Positions 62,229 through 64,000 of a DNA stretch of 64,000 nucleotides are shown here, piece after piece. The DNA comes from an uncultured Methanoregulaceae archaeon (GTDB lineage Archaea > Halobacteriota > Methanomicrobia > Methanomicrobiales > Methanospirillaceae), in the NCBI GenBank assembly GCA_963701095.1, contig OY969564.1, positions 1,760,001 to 1,824,000 on the forward strand, given 5' to 3'. Every line of letters starts with the position of its first letter. Position 1 is the first letter of the stretch. Under the pieces are notes generated by a model that worked only from the letters and a program-made list of their open reading frames with translations, was not told the origin of the DNA and did no database searches. The translations under genes and the position numbers were made by a program.

Positions 62229-64000
62229 TGAATTTCCGCCATACTCTTCAGAAATGGCTGCTTCGCGATCCTATCCGGTACCACGGTGTTCACGCAGATC
62301 TCATCTCGTCCCGGTCCGGTCTGACGCTCGAACAATACCTCTGGAAATCCATCAGGATCTCCGTACTCGTCGGGATTCTTTTTGGGATCCTGGGGTACGT
62401 TGTGAGCCGGCTTCTCGTTCTGGAGGTTCAGTCAGGAAAAGGTGTCTATAACGTCCTCAATCTGCAGCTTCCCCAAAGTTTAGGTTTTCTCACCAGTCTG
62501 ACTTTTGTAGTATCGGCAAGTGTCGTTATCTCTTTTGTTTTTGGCGCTTATGTCGCCTTTCTGTTCCTGGTCCGGCTCCCCCGTATCGAGAAGAACAACC
62601 GGAAGGTCAAGATCAACCTGACGCTGCATAATGCAGTAGCCTACATGTACGCAATGCGTCGTGGCGGAGCGCAGCTGATGACCATTTTTTATGCCATTTC
62701 TGAAAACGCTTCCATCTATGGTGAAGTCGCGCTGGAGTTCCGGCAGATCACCCGTGATGTTGATTATTTCGGATCTGACGTTATTACAGCTGTACGGCAC
62801 CTCTCGGAAACAACACCATCAGAAAAACTCAAGGATTTTCTCGAGGATCTCCTGTCTGTGATCGGGAGCGGGGGAGATCTCTCTGAGTTTCTGGCAAGCC
62901 GGGTGAGATTGTACCAGGAAGAAGCACGGTTCGAACAGAAACAGTTCCTGACTATTCTTTCGATGGTAGCGGAGTCATATGTTACCCTCTTTGTCGCCGG
63001 CCCTCTTTTTTTAATCATTATCATGGTGGTCATGGGGATGATGGGAGGATCTGCTGTCCTCCAGCTCTCTATTGTTATCTATGCAGTCATGCCCATTGGG
63101 TCACTGATTTTTATGCTCCTCATCGATCTTATCTCGGGAAAGGCAGAAAAGGCCGAACGCTATACCCGGGAAAAAGAGCTTAACACGTACGCGGATATAG
63201 CGCTGGTTAAAAAAACCGGTGAAGAGCACCTGTTTGACCAGCTCAAAAAATACGATAAGATACGAGTCCTGACCACTTTTATCCGTCATCCTCTTGAAAA
63301 TTTTGTCAATGATGTCAATCATACATTAATTGTTACAGTACCATTAGCGATTCTTTACCTGGCGCTTGTTATCTTCAATACCCCTCCCTACGCGGATCCG
63401 GAACTTTTTATTGAAGTCATTAATGCCCATGTAGTAATTGCCATCCTGATCGTTCTTGTTCCCTACGCAATCTTCTACGAGATCTGGGCCCGTAAGGTCA
63501 AAGGAATCCAGATCATGATCCCGGATTTCCTTGAACGAATGGCCGGCATCAACCGGGTTGGCCTGACGATGGCCCAGGCTATCGGTATTATGGTCAACAC
63601 CAATCTCGGCCTCCTCAGCTACGAGATCCGCCGGATCAAACGCGACATGGATTGGGGGGCGAATTTTTCCGATGCACTTATACGGTTTGAACAGCGGATC
63701 AGTACCGCTTCAATTGCACGGACTGTGACTCTCATTACAAAAGCTAGCGAGATGAGCGGGCAGATTGGGGAAGTTCTTGCAATTGCTGCAAGTGATGCAA
63801 AGATGAGTGAAACCCTTAAAAAAGAGCGTCACGCTGAGATGTTCATCTACACTGCTATCGTTTACCTCTCGTTCTTTGTTTTCCTTTTCGTCGTTGCTGT
63901 CTTATCAACTCAATTCCTTCCGGTCCTCGCTCATATCGGGGCATCCGGGATATCTATGGCAGGCCCCATCTCCGGTATCGGATCTGTTCCTATCAGGGCA
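62228..64000 (+). CDS. Second type IV pilus membrane platform protein (partial, runs off window end)
   Basis: Manual translation from ATG 62228: MNFRHTLQKWLLRDP...LHNAVAYMYAM...TTPSEKLKDF...IPDFLERMA. Confidence 0.85.
   Translation, partial: MNFRHTLQKWLLRDPIRYHGVHADLISSRSGLTLEQYLWKSIRISVLVGILFGILGYVVSRLLVLEVQSGKGVYNVLNLQLPQSLGFLTSLTFVVSASVVISFVFGAYVAFLFLVRLPRIEKNNRKVKINLTLHNAVAYMYAMRRGGAQLMTIFYAISENASIYGEVALEFRQITRDVDYFGSDVITAVRHLSETTPSEKLKDFLEDLLSVIGSGGDLSEFLASRVRLYQEEARFEQKQFLTILSMVAESYVTLFVAGPLFLIIIMVVMGMMGGSAVLQLSIVIYAVMPIGSLIFMLLIDLISGKAEKAERYTREKELNTYADIALVKKTGEEHLFDQLKKYDKIRVLTTFIRHPLENFVNDVNHTLIVTVPLAILYLALVIFNTPPYADPELFIEVINAHVVIAILIVLVPYAIFYEIWARKVKGIQIMIPDFLERMAGINRVGLTMAQAIGIMVNTNLGLLSYEIRRIKRDMDWGANFSDALIRFEQRISTASIARTVTLITKASEMSGQIGEVLAIAASDAKMSETLKKERHAEMFIYTAIVYLSFFVFLFVVAVLSTQFLPVLAHIGASGISMAGPISGIGSVPIRA

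Overview
Chromosomal window from a methanogenic archaeon. Gene content (atwA plus methanogenesis marker 3, thermosome, LonB, archaeal pilins) fits Methanomicrobiales, possibly Methanoregula-like (inference). Positions 1-15.2 kb and 22.6-29.4 kb are housekeeping. Between the thermosome and pyrE-like genes is a precisely bounded 7,389-bp AT-rich element (15238-22626) with 26-bp terminal inverted repeats and an 8-bp target duplication (CTCTTGTT). It carries one central SWIM/Zn-ribbon/IS6-like DDE transposase, a DUF2080-like gene and defence-like cargo on both sides: a type II R-M pair, an HD phosphohydrolase/YwgA-like pair, and an unassigned wHTH plus 468-aa gene pair. Two ~79-bp miniature inverted-repeat elements sharing end motifs with this transposon flank a DUF4013-like gene at 49.6-50.8 kb. 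Positions 30-50 kb hold a probable metal/cofactor cluster (Mop, FmdE, three paralogous methyltransferases, radical SAM fused to a binding-protein domain, DUF364, Opp/Nik ABC transporter) interleaved with a duplicated pilin pair. Positions 50.8-64 kb encode two divergent type IV pilus systems and KaiC-like ATPases. About 14 genes have single-base frameshifts, several in homopolymers, most likely assembly errors. All family assignments come from motif recognition by eye, not database searches.
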